From: the human T2T-CHM13v2.0 reference genome, Homo sapiens
Length of the DNA: 64,000 nucleotides
Direction: 5' to 3' (one strand)
NCBI RefSeq assembly: GCF_009914755.1
Contig: NC_060926.1
The translations under genes were made by a program, and so were the position numbers. Below, piece after piece: positions 13,810 through 31,824 of this stretch. The notes below the pieces were generated by a model. The model ran no database searches. It was not told the origin of the DNA and was given only the letters and a program-made list of their open reading frames with translations. Every line of letters begins with the position of its first letter. Position 1 is the first letter of the stretch.

Positions 13810-14143
13810 TGATATGGTTTGGCTGTGTTCCCACTCAAATCTCATCTTGAATTCCCACATGTTGTGGGAGGGACCCAGTAGAAGGTAATTGAGTCATGGG
13901 GATGGGTCTTTCCCATGCTGTCCTCATGACAGTGAATAAGTCTCATGAGATCTGATAGTTTTAAAAAGGGGAGTGAATAAGTCTCATGAGATCTGATCAT
14001 TTTGAAAAGGGGAGCACAAGCTCTTTCTGTTTGCCTGCTGCCATCCATGTGAGACATGATTTGCTCCTCCTTGCCTTTCACCGTGATTGTGAGGCCTCCC
14101 CAGCCATGTGGAAGAGTAAGTCCATTAAACCTTTTTCCTGTAC
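13810..14143 (+). mobile_element. THE1-family LTR (THE1B-like), 3'-truncated, with internal 41-bp duplication
   Basis: TGATATGGTTTGGCTGTG...CAAATCTCATCTTGAATT start; GTAAGTCCATTAAACC near the end; terminal GGACTAATACA absent. Confidence 0.85.
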
Positions 14144-14144
14144 A

Positions 14145-14226
14145 GCCAGGCCCGGTGGCTCATGCCTGTAATCTCGGCATCTTGGGAGGCTGACGCAGGT
14201 GGATCACTTGAGGTCAGGAGTTCAGA
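14145..14226 (+). mobile_element. Alu left-arm 5' fragment
   Basis: GCCAGGCCCGGTGGCTCATGCCTGTAATC...GAGGTCAGGAGTTC, then Alu similarity stops. Confidence 0.85.
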
Positions 14227-16396
14227 GTGTGTGCAATAACATATCAGAAGCAAGTCAAAGGAAATCAGGTCTCTGACAAGCAAGCATAAAAATTAAAAAA
14301 AAAAAAAAAAGACAGAGAAAGGAAAACCAGGAGGCCAGACTAGCACCCCACGGTTCAGTGAGATGCACTGGGAAGGGAAGGTCTTCGCTTTCCATTGTTT
14401 TCATCACAGAAGCGTAACGCTTGGTGCACACTTGGTAAATAACTAGCATATGGTATCACCAAGTCTGACATGTGTGTGCAAAGCCAGGGAGCCTCAGATG
14501 GGAAGCACCCCTGTGATTCCGGGACAGGATCGTCAAAGGAAAGGGAAGGAAGGGGCCTCGTGTTACCCTGGGGCAGGGGCAGGGGCATCCTGAGACGCCC
14601 AGGGCAGGGAGGCCGGCAGGACCCAGGAGAGCCTGCAGGAGTGAGTGGGGAACCCCACACATTTGCTGCTGCTCTCCCTGCCTCTGCTGTAAGTCAAGGT
14701 CGTCTGCAAACCAGCCACTCAGTGCCCAGGAGCCTGGCAGTCCCTTGCTAGTGCTCTCCTCCGGGGAGACAGCCTCAGGCTAGTACAGGACAGATTCCCT
14801 GTGTCCTGTGGTTGGCCTGGGATGGGAGGATCCCAGAGTTACTGGGTGGCTTTCTCTGCCTTTAGCTACAACAGGAGGAACATCAGAGCATTGACCTTGG
14901 TGTTAAACTGGGGAGGAGAGAATAAGATGGAGCAGCCCGGGCAGTTGGCCCCTCTGAAAGGCACCAGCCTCATCGAAGTTCTTCCAGTTCCGAGGAAAGC
15001 GGGAGTACGGAGGGTCACCAGCTCCACCCAGGTCCACGGCGAGTTAGTACAGCCACGGAGGAGAGAGTGGGGAATCCACAGCAGATCATGGGCTCCAGGG
15101 CTGAGGGACACCCAGGTAAGCACACCCAGAAGAGGGCACAGATTGGGAGCAGGCACACGGGGAGGATCCAGCTGGTGGCAGCCCCTGGAGAGGAGGCTCC
15201 CGGAGGAACATGGCTGAGAGCTTTGTCAGGAAGAGAGGAAGGTGAGGGGCCTCACGGGGGACATGGAGAATGGGGCCAGGGACAATGGCAGCAGAGGAGC
15301 AAACGAGAAAGGCCATCCCCATCGAGCAGAGCCGGGAGGGTTGGCAACACGAAAGTCCAGGGAGAGATGGCCCTGGGCGAAGAGAGTAAATGAGCAGAGG
15401 TGGAGGCAGTGGACAGACCCCAGCCCTTCCGGGAAGCTGGAGATGAAGATGCTGTGGGTATCATGGTGTCTGCCCCACCCATGGCTGTCCCTGGCCGGCA
15501 GAGGGGCAGCAATGAGCAGGCCATGCTCCCAGGTGGCTTGGGGCAGCTAAGATCTGTGGTCATGCGTGTGGGTGCCTGTGAAGAAGGGGAAGAGGGGGAG
15601 GAGGTGGGTTGGGGAAGGGAAGGGCAGAGACACCATACGCCTAGGCTGGTTGCTCGGAAATCGAGTTCTCCTCCACCCTGGGAGGGACATGGTGCCAGGA
15701 CCATCAACCCCACCAAGGAGATGGCAGGACCAGTCCTTCTCTCCCTCCTTCCCTCCCTACCGCAGAGGAAGTGACAGTGCTGGTCATGGCAGGCCAGTGG
15801 GCCCCCCGTAGAGCCCGAGTCAGACTCCGATGGCCGCTGTCCACTATGTGGGCACTCAGGACATCAGAAAACAGGTGGCCATCTGCAGAGTATTTCAGAG
15901 CGTCTCCTCTGAGCTAGTCGAATCTGTGAGAACTGCCTCTCATGGACCAAAATTCATCAGGAGTTGCATCTGGATAATGGTCTTCTAGGAAAAAAAATAG
16001 GAGGAGTCACCAAATAGAAGCCTCTGAAGCAAGGTGGTCTGGAACCAGAGCAGGGAGGAGAAAACAACGGCACCAAAAGCATCCTCTTTTCACCAACACG
16101 TCAACTCCTGATGATGACCTTACCCACATTCCCTGGCCAGGGGTCTTCAGCATCCCCGTGAGCCATCCTGGTGGCCAGAGCCTGCTCACAGGGCGAGGGG
16201 AGCGTGCAGGCAGCCTGCAGAAAGGCTGAGCCCTCCGCCTGGGTGCTGAACCCCACATGGGATAGCAACTGCCAAGACTAGGGCTACGTGCAAAGGATTC
16301 CCAGAGCTTGACCCGTGAGTACCAATTCCAGAGCAAGATCCTTCCCTGTCTCTAAAGAGGCAGGGAACACGGTGGCAGCAGAGAGAAGCAAATCAT

Positions 16397-16676
<280 letters not shown>

Positions 16677-17240
16677 CATGCGGTAGCCGCTATCTTGCAT
16701 GTCTGCTGCGCCATTTAATTTTAACATCCGCACACTGGTGAAAGGTGAGCGCTGAAAGAGCGATTTCTTGGGAAACTCAAGTTGCATTCTTTGGAAAGCC
16801 TTACTAAAGGCAGTTGAATTGTGTACTGGAAAGGTGTGTAAAAGACAGGCCAGCAGAACAATTGTAAGGATGAAGAACTACACTCAGGTTATTCTGCAAG
16901 TGTCTCTAAGCTTTCATTCTAATGTTTTTTTTGTTGTTGTTGTTGTTTTTGTTTTTTTTTAATGGCAGTGAGAAGCAGAGATGATGCACTAGGGGGGTGG
17001 CTCAATAAAGATGGCCTGGAACGCAGCCGCTGCCCCAATCCAAGAAACAGTGGTGGCCCACACCCAACGGCTGGCCAGGGGACGGCTTCCACAGCTCAGG
17101 TTCAAGTGAAAGGGTAGGGTGCACGTGGACTTTTGTTGTGATCCCCCACATGGTCTTTCTAAATGTGTTCAGTAACTCCTATCCTGATCTTGCTGCACAT
17201 CATCTCCTCCTCTTCATCTAACTTTAAAAAGGTAAAACTT

Positions 17241-17512
<272 letters not shown>

Positions 17513-19014
17513 TTAACAAGGCCCCTCCCATGCGAACTCTGTCCCCACTCCCAACACTATTCAACCTTATGAATTCATTATTCATTATATCATCTCAGGC
17601 CTCTTAAAGCATGTTTGCATCTTAGGAAACATATAGAATTATTTTGTGTGCATATGTGCTGCATAAATGATGCCAGGTTATATGGGTTATTCTACAATTT
17701 GCTTCTTTCCTCAATTAAAAACTAACTTGAGGGTTCAGCCATGTTCATGAATCTAGTTTGTTCATATGTGTTTCAATGTATAACTTGCCATATTTTAAAA
17801 TAGTTTGGGATGAAATGCACCTATATGGATGATGGTGTGGATGGCAACAGTGAGCCATCTGGAGTGGCCGCTGTCATCACACCAGCTGCAGCAGAGAGAC
17901 ACGAGCGGTGGTGGCAGGAGTGGCTGCAGGAGTAGCAGTGGTGGTGGTGAGGGCAGGACCCACTCCCAGGCCCAGAGCCTCAGCCACAACCTCAACCGTG
18001 CTCCCCGAGGTGGAGCTGGGCCCAGGGTGGTGCCATGCTCCATAGAGCCAGTGGGAGCCAGGAACAGGAAGGAGCTTCACCCTCCCAGGTATGGCTGCAG
18101 ATACCCAAGTTGTGGCTGTGGACCCAGGCATCTCTGCACTCTCAGGGACCCTGAGAAGGCCCCCTTTTGCCCCCACAGGCTCAGAGGTGTCTGGTTCCAC
18201 TACCTGGCCTCTTCCCGCTGTCAACACCTGCTCCAATCATGGAGCAAAGTTGAGACTGAGCCTAGGCACCGTCACAACCCAGCTAGGTGTGTGCATGCTT
18301 GGGGCAGCACTGACACACCAGCCCCCTGCCACCTTGGCCCCCTCTGGACTTTGGGCACCAATGAGCATGGGAGGGAGACTGACAGTGTGCTGAGGGCAGC
18401 TCAGCACTGACCTACATGCACCCCTTGGCACAAACAGCCTGGGCACCATGAATGGTGGCAGAAAGCAGACAGGATCCTGGGCAGAAGGGGGTAGGTCCCT
18501 GGTGAAGCCCCACCCTCAAGTTGATGAGGACCTAAAACCTGGGGGCCAGGTTGCCAGTCCAATGAACTGGAATGAGAACTTGTGGTGTCTTTTCTGGCCC
18601 ACCATTGGCCACCCACGAACCAATCAGCACTCACTTCCTCCCCTCTGAGGCTCTTAAAAGCCCCAGACTCAGCCAGAGTCCAGATGACAGGATGACCAGC
18701 TGCGGAGAGAAGCCGCCCACCCCAGCATCTCCTCTCTGCTGAGAACTGGACATTCATCAGGATGACCTGCCTAGTAGAAGGGGGCTACCCTCTCTGCTGA
18801 GAGCTGAAGAGGTGATGGATGACCAGCTGCAGAGAGGAGCTGCTCTGTCTGCTGAGAGCTGGACACTCCTCAGGACACTCTGGCTATAGAGAGGAGCTGC
18901 CCACTGCAGGTCTCCTCTGAGCTGTTCTATTGCTCAATAAAGCTCCTCTTCATCCTGCTCATCCCCCGATTTTCTGCATACCTCATTCTTCCTGGAAGCA
19001 GGACAGGAGGGCTA

Positions 19015-20950
<1,936 letters not shown>

Positions 20951-21539
20951 AGAAAGATGTAACACAAACAGGGCTAAAACATGCCCTTTGCCCACCACAT
21001 TGTGGGTGACAAGAGGGAGGGAAGACAGAAGGAGAGAAGAGCTGCAGCCCTTCAGATAGCTCAGACCTAGAAGTGCCCTGAGCCAGGGCTGTGACACCTT
21101 TTTTAGGGCTCTGCAGTTCCTGGCATCTCCAAGCTTCTAGGTGCCATAACAGATTCCCTGGTATCAGCCATGGAAGCTGCTTATGGTACACCTGGTCCAA
21201 CTGTAGCCTTGCAGGGAGCCAGCATGCCTAACCACACAATGGTGGGACCTCACACTTGCTCACACACCCCTTGCTGCTCCATGCCTGGCTCGCCCTTGGC
21301 AGGTGTGAGATCCAGGCTGGTAGTGGGAGCTGAACACAGCCTGCCAGGCTAAGTGGGCAGAACAAACCCAGCGGGCCAGAGCAAAACTCAGGCAAATGCA
21401 CCAGTGGCCGCAGAGGTTTCTGGCTGGCAAAGTGACACCCCAGGGATCCTTTAACAGTGTGAGGCACAGATGTCACACAGGACATTGAGGTGACACCGGA
21501 ATCTCCCCAGACCCCTGCCCCAGGCTCACACCCCAGGCT

Positions 21540-23489
<1,950 letters not shown>

Positions 23490-26396
23490 AAAATTAATGA
23501 ATTTTAATTGACATAATTGTACATACTTATGGGATAGAATTTGATGTTTTGATACACATCTGTGTTGTATAATGATTCAATCAGGGTATCTAGTATATCC
23601 AGCATCTCATGTATTTATCATTCCTTGGTGGTGAGAACATTCAAATGCCTCCCTTCCAGCTGTGTTGTAATATACAATACCTTACTATTAACCACCATCA
23701 CCTGGCTGTGCACACAAACATCATAATTTATTCCTCCCAACTGCAACTTCGTACCTGTTGATGAACCTCTCCCCGTTTCCCTCTCTTGTCTCCACCCTAG
23801 TCTCTGGTAACCATGTTCTACTCCCTACTTCTGTGGTAGTGACCTTTTTGTTTGTTTTCGATTCCACATATGAGTGAGATCATATGGTATCTGTCTTTCT
23901 TTGTCTGGCTTATTTCACTTAACATGATGCCCTCCAGGTTCATTTAAGTTGTTGCAAATGATCAGATTTCCTTCTTTTTTTATGGCTGAATAGTATTCCA
24001 TTGTGTATAAGTCCCACATTTTATTTATCCTTTCATTCACTGTTGAGCACTTAAGTTGATTCCATGTCTTGGCTATTGTAACTACTGCTGCGATCAACAT
24101 GGGAGTGCAGATAACTCTTTGACATACTGATTTCATTTCCTTTGGATATATACCCAGTAGTGGAATTGTGGGATTATATAGTAGTACTATTTTTAATTTA
24201 TTGAGGAATCTTCATACTGTTTTCCGGAACAGCTTTACTAGTTTACAATCCCACTAACAATGTGTAAGAGTTTCCTTTTCTTCACATCCTTGCCAACACT
24301 TGTTTTCTTTTGTTTTATCAATAGGAGCCATTCTAATTGGAGTGAGTGGTATCTCACAGTGGTTTTGATTTGCATTTCCCTGATGATTACTGATGTTGAA
24401 TATTTTCCATAAATCTGTTGGCTATTTGTATGTTTTCTTTTGACATTTCTCAAATATGTCTTCTTTTGAGAAATGTCAAAAGAAAACATCTTTTGCCCAT
24501 TTAAAATTTTTTTTCTGCTGAATTGTGTTAAATTCCTCATACATTCTAGATATTAACCCCTTCCCAGACAAATAGACTGCAAATATTTTCTCTCATTCTG
24601 CAGGTTGTCACTTCACTCTTAATAGTTTTCACTCCATGCAAAATCTTTTTAGTTTGATGTAATCCCACTTGTCCATTTTGGTTTTTTTTCTATTCTTTTA
24701 TGTTCTTATTTTAAAAGTCCTTGCCCAACCCAATGTTGCAAAGTGTTTCCCCTGTTTTTTTTCTAGTAGCCTCATAGCTTCAGATTTTTTAAGTTTTTAA
24801 TCCATTTTGAGTTGATTTTTTTATATGGTGAGAAGTAGGGATTTAGCCTCATTCTTTTGCATGTTGATATACAATTTTCCCAGCACAGTTTATTAAAAAG
24901 ATTATCTCTTCCTCAATGTGAGTTCTTGTCACCTTTGTCAAAAATCAATTGGCTGTAGATGTGTGAATTTATTTCTGACCTCTCTATTCTGTTCCACTGG
25001 TCTATGTGTCTGTTTTTATGCCAGTACCGTGCTGTTTTAGTTGCTATAGCTTCATAATAAATTTTGAAGTCAGGTAGTGTGATGCCTTCAGCTTTGTTCT
25101 TTTTGTTCAGGATTGCTTTGGCTAGTCAGTATCTTTTGTTGTTCTATATTAATTTTAGGGTTTTTTTTCTATGACTGTGAAGAATGACATTGGTATTTTG
25201 ATAGGAATTGCATTAAATCTGTAGATTGCTTTAAATAATATAGCCATTTAAAAATATTCTTTCAATTTATGAATGCAGAATATTTTTCTATCTATTTGTG
25301 TCCCATTCAATTTCTTTCATCAAAGTATTATAGTTTCCAGTGTAGAGATCTTCACATCCTTGGTTAAGTTTATTCCTAGCTAGCTTATTTTTTGTAGCTA
25401 TTCTAAATGGAATTATTTTCTTCAGTTCTTTTTCAGATGGTTCACTATTAGCATGTAGAAATACTACAGATTTTTTTATGTTGATTTTATACCCTGCAAA
25501 TTTACTGAATTTTTAAAATTAGGTCTAACAGGCTTTTGGTGGTTTTTAGGGGTTTCTATACATAAGATTGTATTTTATGCAAATAGGAACAATTTAACTT
25601 TCTCCTTTTCAATGTGGATGCCTTTTATTTCTTTTTCTTGCCTAATTGCTCTGGCTAAGCCTTCTACTACTATCTTGAATAGGATTGGTGAAAGTGAGCA
25701 TCCTTGTCTGGTTCCTGATATTATTTTCATCATTCATTCTGACGTTAGCTGTTGGTTTGTCATAAATGGCCTTTATCATGTTGAGGGACATAACTTCTAT
25801 ACCAAATTTTTTGAGAGAAGAAATGTTAAATTTAGTCAAATGCTTTTTCTGTGTCTATTGAAATTATCGTATGATTTTTGTCTTTCTTTCTGTTAATGTG
25901 GTATATCACATTTATTGATTTGTGTGTTAAACCATCTTTGTATCCCTAAGATGAAATGTGCTTTACCATAGTGAATGATCTTCTTAACGTGCTGTTTGAT
26001 TCAATTTGCTAGTACGTTGTTGATAATTTTTGCATCTATGTTTATCAGAGATATTGGCCTGTAGTTTTCATTGTTATTGTTGTTTTTGCATCCCTGTCTG
26101 GTTTTAGAATTAAGGTAATGGTGTCCTCACAAAATGGGTTTGTACATATTCCCTCCTCTTCAGTTTTCTGGAATCGTTTGAGGAGAATTTGTATTATTAT
26201 TCTTAAAAGCTTGGCAGAATTCAGCAGTGAAGCCATCAGGTCCTGGGCTTCTCTTTAAAGGAAGGCTTGTTATTACTTATTTAATTTCCTCACTCATTAT
26301 CAGTCTGCTCTGATTTTCTATTTTTTTATAATTTAATCTTGGTAGTTTATATGTGATTAGAAATTTATCTGTTTCTTCTGAGTTATCAAATTTGTT

Positions 26397-26606
<210 letters not shown>

Positions 26607-29445
26607 AAATTGTTGGTGTAGTTATTCATAATCATTTTTTATCATACTTTGTATCTCTGTGGTGCCAGGTATAATGTCTCTTTTTTCATCTCTGGTTTTA
26701 TTTATTTGAGTCTTCTCTTTTATTTTCTTAATCTAGCAAAAGGCTTGTCAATTTTGTTTATCCTTTCAAATATCTAACTCTTTGTTTTATTGATCTTAAC
26801 AATTTTTTAAACCTCTTTCATTTATTTCTACTCTGAACTTTATTATTTCCATCCTTCTACAAATTTTGGGTTAGTTTGTTCTTATTTTTCTAGTTTCTTG
26901 AAGTGTATCTTTAGATTGTTTATTAGAAATCTTTCTTCTTTTTTAATATAGTCATTTATTGCTATGAACTTTCCTCTTAGAACTGCTTTACTGTGTCCCA
27001 TAGGTTTTTGGTATGATGTGTTTCCATTCTCATTTGTCTCAAGGAAATTTTTAATTTCTCTTTTAATTTCTTCATTGACCCACTGGTTGCTTAGGAGCAT
27101 GTTGACAAGTTTCCATGTATTTATAAAGTTTCCAAAGTTTTTCTTATTGTTCATTTCCAGTTTTATACCACTGGGGTCAGAAAAGATACTTGATATAATC
27201 TCTGTCTTCTTAAGTTTCTTAACTAGTTTTGTAGCCTAATGTGATCTATCCAGCAGAATGTTCCACGTGCAGTTGAGAAGAATGTGTATTCTGTAGCTGC
27301 CAAGTGGAATGTTCTTTCAATATCTGTGAGGTACATTTGATCTATGGTTCAGTTTCAGTCCAGTGTTTCTTTGTTGACTTTTTTGTCTAGATAATATATC
27401 TGTTGTTGAAAGTAGGTGCTGACATACCCTACTATTATTGTATTGGAGTCTATCTCTCTCTTTAAGTCTAATAATATTTGCTTTATGTATCTGGGTGCTC
27501 TGGTGTTGGGTGCATATATAATTACAATTTTTATATCTTCTTGATGAATTGATCCCTGTGTATCAAATAGGGATCCCTATCATTATCTAATGACCTACTT
27601 GTTTCCTTGTACAGTTTTTGACTTAAAATTTATTTTATCTGATATAAGTATGGCTACCCTTACTTGCTTTTGGGTTCTGGTTGCATGAAAAATTTTTTTC
27701 CATTCCTTTATTCTCAGTCTGTCTTTAACAATGAGGTGAGTCTCTTGTAGGCAACATATAGTTGGGTCTTTTTTGTTGTTAATTTTGGTTACTCTATATA
27801 TTTTAATCAGATAATTTAATCCATTTACATTCAAAGGTATTATTGATAGACAAGAACTTATTCCTGCCATTCTGTTAAAATTTCTCTGGTTGTTTTGTTG
27901 ATCCTTTGTTCCTTTCTTCCTCTCTTGTTGTTTACCTTTGTGGTTTGATGGTTTTCTAAGGTGCTAAGCTGTGTTTCCTTTCTCTTTCTCATTTGTGTAT
28001 CTGCTGTAATTTCTTTCTTTGTGGTTATCATGGGGCTGACATAAAGGGTTTTGTAGTTATAATATGTTATTTTAAGCTGATAGCAACTAAACTTTGGTTT
28101 CATGAAAATATTCTAGATTTTTCCCTCTTTCCAAAAAAAAATTATTAATGTTCCCTTAATTTACTTTTGTATATATTGTGTGGTCCTTATCCATTAACTG
28201 TAGCTGATGTTATTTTGACTTGAAAACTTCATAATAGACAGAGAGGGAAATAACAGATAGGAAGCAGGACTAGATTGCAGCTCCCACTAAGACAGACAGA
28301 ACAGCATGTGGAGACTCGCATTGTGAACTTTTGCTCCAGAACTACTGCAGGAACACATCAGGAAAGCTGAGAGAATCCACAGACCCTCTGAAGGAAGTGG
28401 ATTACTCCTGTAGGACCTGGGAGACAACCCAAACACCGTGAGCGCCCAAGCTGTGAAAGTGGGAAAGGGGGACTGTCCACCCCAGAACACACACCCTCAC
28501 TGGGGAACCTGAAGATCTAGATCATGGGAGAAGGATTTGACCTTACCTGGAGTTGAGTCAATTTATAACAATTCCAAACAAACCTGAAGTCTCCTGGCCA
28601 GAACTTGGGGGAAGGCATAAATCTGGTGTGCAGACTCTACAGGTGGGGAGGCACAAAAGACCTGCTTGCTCTCTAAGCTGAGAGGCTGGTAGCCTGGGGC
28701 AAGTTCTCAGCCCTGCTCACCCACTACCTGGAAACGAACTTGGTGCTGTTGGAGGGGTGGGCACAGTGGAAGTGAGACCAGCCTTTTGGGCTGTGTGGGA
28801 GCTGGGTGAGGCCTATAACTGCCGGCTTCCCCCCACTTCCCTGAAAACCCACATGACACAGCAGCAGCAGCCGTAATCCTCCTGAGAACATAACTCCATT
28901 GACCTGGGAACCACACCCCCATCCCCCACAGCAGCCTCAGCAAGCCCCACCCAAGGAGATTCTGAGCTCAGACATTCCTAATCCTGCCCCCACCTGATGG
29001 TCCTTCCCTGCCCACTCTGGTAGCTGAAGACAAAGGGCATATTCTCTTGGGAGTTCTAGGGCTTGTCCACTGCCTGATCCATACTACCACAGCTGATGCT
29101 CTCTTGAAATTGCCACCTCCTGGCAGGAAACCAACCGCAAAAAAATCGTGCATTAAATAACCAAAACTAAGGACAGAGTCCATTTCACTCCCCTGCCACC
29201 TCTACCGGAGCAGGTTCAGGTATCCATGGCTGAGAGATATAAAGATAGTTCATATCACAGGACTCTGTGCAGACAACCCCCGGTACCAGCTTGGAGCCTG
29301 GTGGCCCTGCGGGGTGGCTAGATCCAGAAGAGAGATAACAATCACTACAGCTTGTCTCTCAGGAAGCCACATCCCTAGGAAAAAGGGGGAGAGCACTACA
29401 TCAAGGGAACACCCCATGGGACAAAAGAATCTGAACAGCAGCCTT

Positions 29446-29879
<434 letters not shown>

Positions 29880-31534
29880 TCACCAGCAATGGATCCAAAC
29901 CAAGAAGAAATCCCTGATTTACCTGAAAAAGAATTGAGAAGGTTGATTGTTAAGCTAATGAGGAGACATGAGAGAAAGGAGAAGTCCAATTTAAGGGGAA
30001 AAAAATGATACAAGAAATGAGGGGAGAAGTATTCAGAGAAATAGACAGCATAAATAAAAAACAGTCACAACTTCAGGAAATAAAGGACACAGAGAAATGC
30101 AAAACTCTCTGCAAAGTCTCAGCCATCGAATCGAACAAGCAGAAGAAAGAACTTCAGAGCTCAAATACAAGGTTTTAAAATTCACCCAATCCAACAAGGA
30201 TAAAGAAAAAAGAATTTAAAAAATGAACAAAGCCTTGAAGAAGTTTAGGATTATGTTAAATGACCAAACCCAAGAATAATTGGTGTTCCTGAGGAAAAAG
30301 AGAAGTCTAAAAGTTTGGAAAACATATTTGGAGAAATAATCAAGGAAAACTTCCCAGTCTTGCTAGAGACCAAGACATCCAAATACAAGAAGCTCAAAAA
30401 ACACCTGGGAGATTCATCACAAAAAGATCATTGCCTAGGTACATTGTCAACAGATTATCTATAGTCAAGATGAAGGAAAGAATCTTAAGAGCTGGGAGGC
30501 AAAAACACCAGGTAACCTATAAAGGAAAACCTATCAGATTAACAGCAGATTTATCAGCAGAAATCCTACAAGCTAGAAGGGATTGGGGCCTTATATTCAA
30601 CCTCCTTAAACAAAACAATTATCAGCCAAGAATTTTGTAGCCAGAGAAACAAAGCTTCATAGATGAAGGAAAGATAGGGTCTTTTTCAGATAAACAAATG
30701 CTAAGAGAATTCGCCCCTAACAAGCTAGCACTACAAGAACTGCTAAAAGGAGCTCTAAATCTTGAATCAAATCCTGGAAACACATGAAGACAGAACCTCT
30801 TTAAAGCATGACTCTCACAGGACATATAAAATACAGAAAACAAACAAACAAACAAAACCTAAGCTTTACAGGCAACAAATAGCACAATGAATGAAATAAT
30901 ACATCTCAATACTAATGTTGAATGTAAATGGCCTAAATGCACCAGAATCTACAAGGAACTCAAACAAATTAGAAAAAAGAAAACATCAAAAATGGGCTAA
31001 GAGCATGAATAGACAATTCCCAAAAGGATATATACAAATGGCCAACAAACATATGAAAAAATGCTCAACATCACTAATGATCAGAAAAATGCAAATTAAA
31101 ACCACAATGTGATACCACCTTACTTCTGCAAGAACACCCATAATAAAAAAATAACAGATGTTGGTGTGAATGTAGTGAAAAGAAAACACTTCTACACTGC
31201 TGGTTGGAATGTAAACAAGTACAACTACTATGGAAAACAATGTTGAGATTCCCTAAAGAACTAAAAGTAGACCTACCATTTGATCCAGCCATTCCACTAC
31301 TATCTACCTAGAAGAAAAGAAGTCATTATAAGAAAAAGATACATGCACATGCATGTTTATAGCAGCACAATTTGCAATTGCAAAAAATGTGGAACCACCC
31401 CAAATGCCCATCAATCAATGAGTGGATAAAGAAACTGTGGTGGTACATATACACAATGGAATACTACTCAGCCATAGAAAGAAATGAATTAATGGCATTT
31501 GCAGCAATCTTGATGGGACTGGAGACTATTATTC

Positions 31535-31824
<290 letters not shown>

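Noticed and set aside
17829-18410. 193-aa ORF and GC-rich promoter-like region
   Set aside because: Lies within the MER52 LTR
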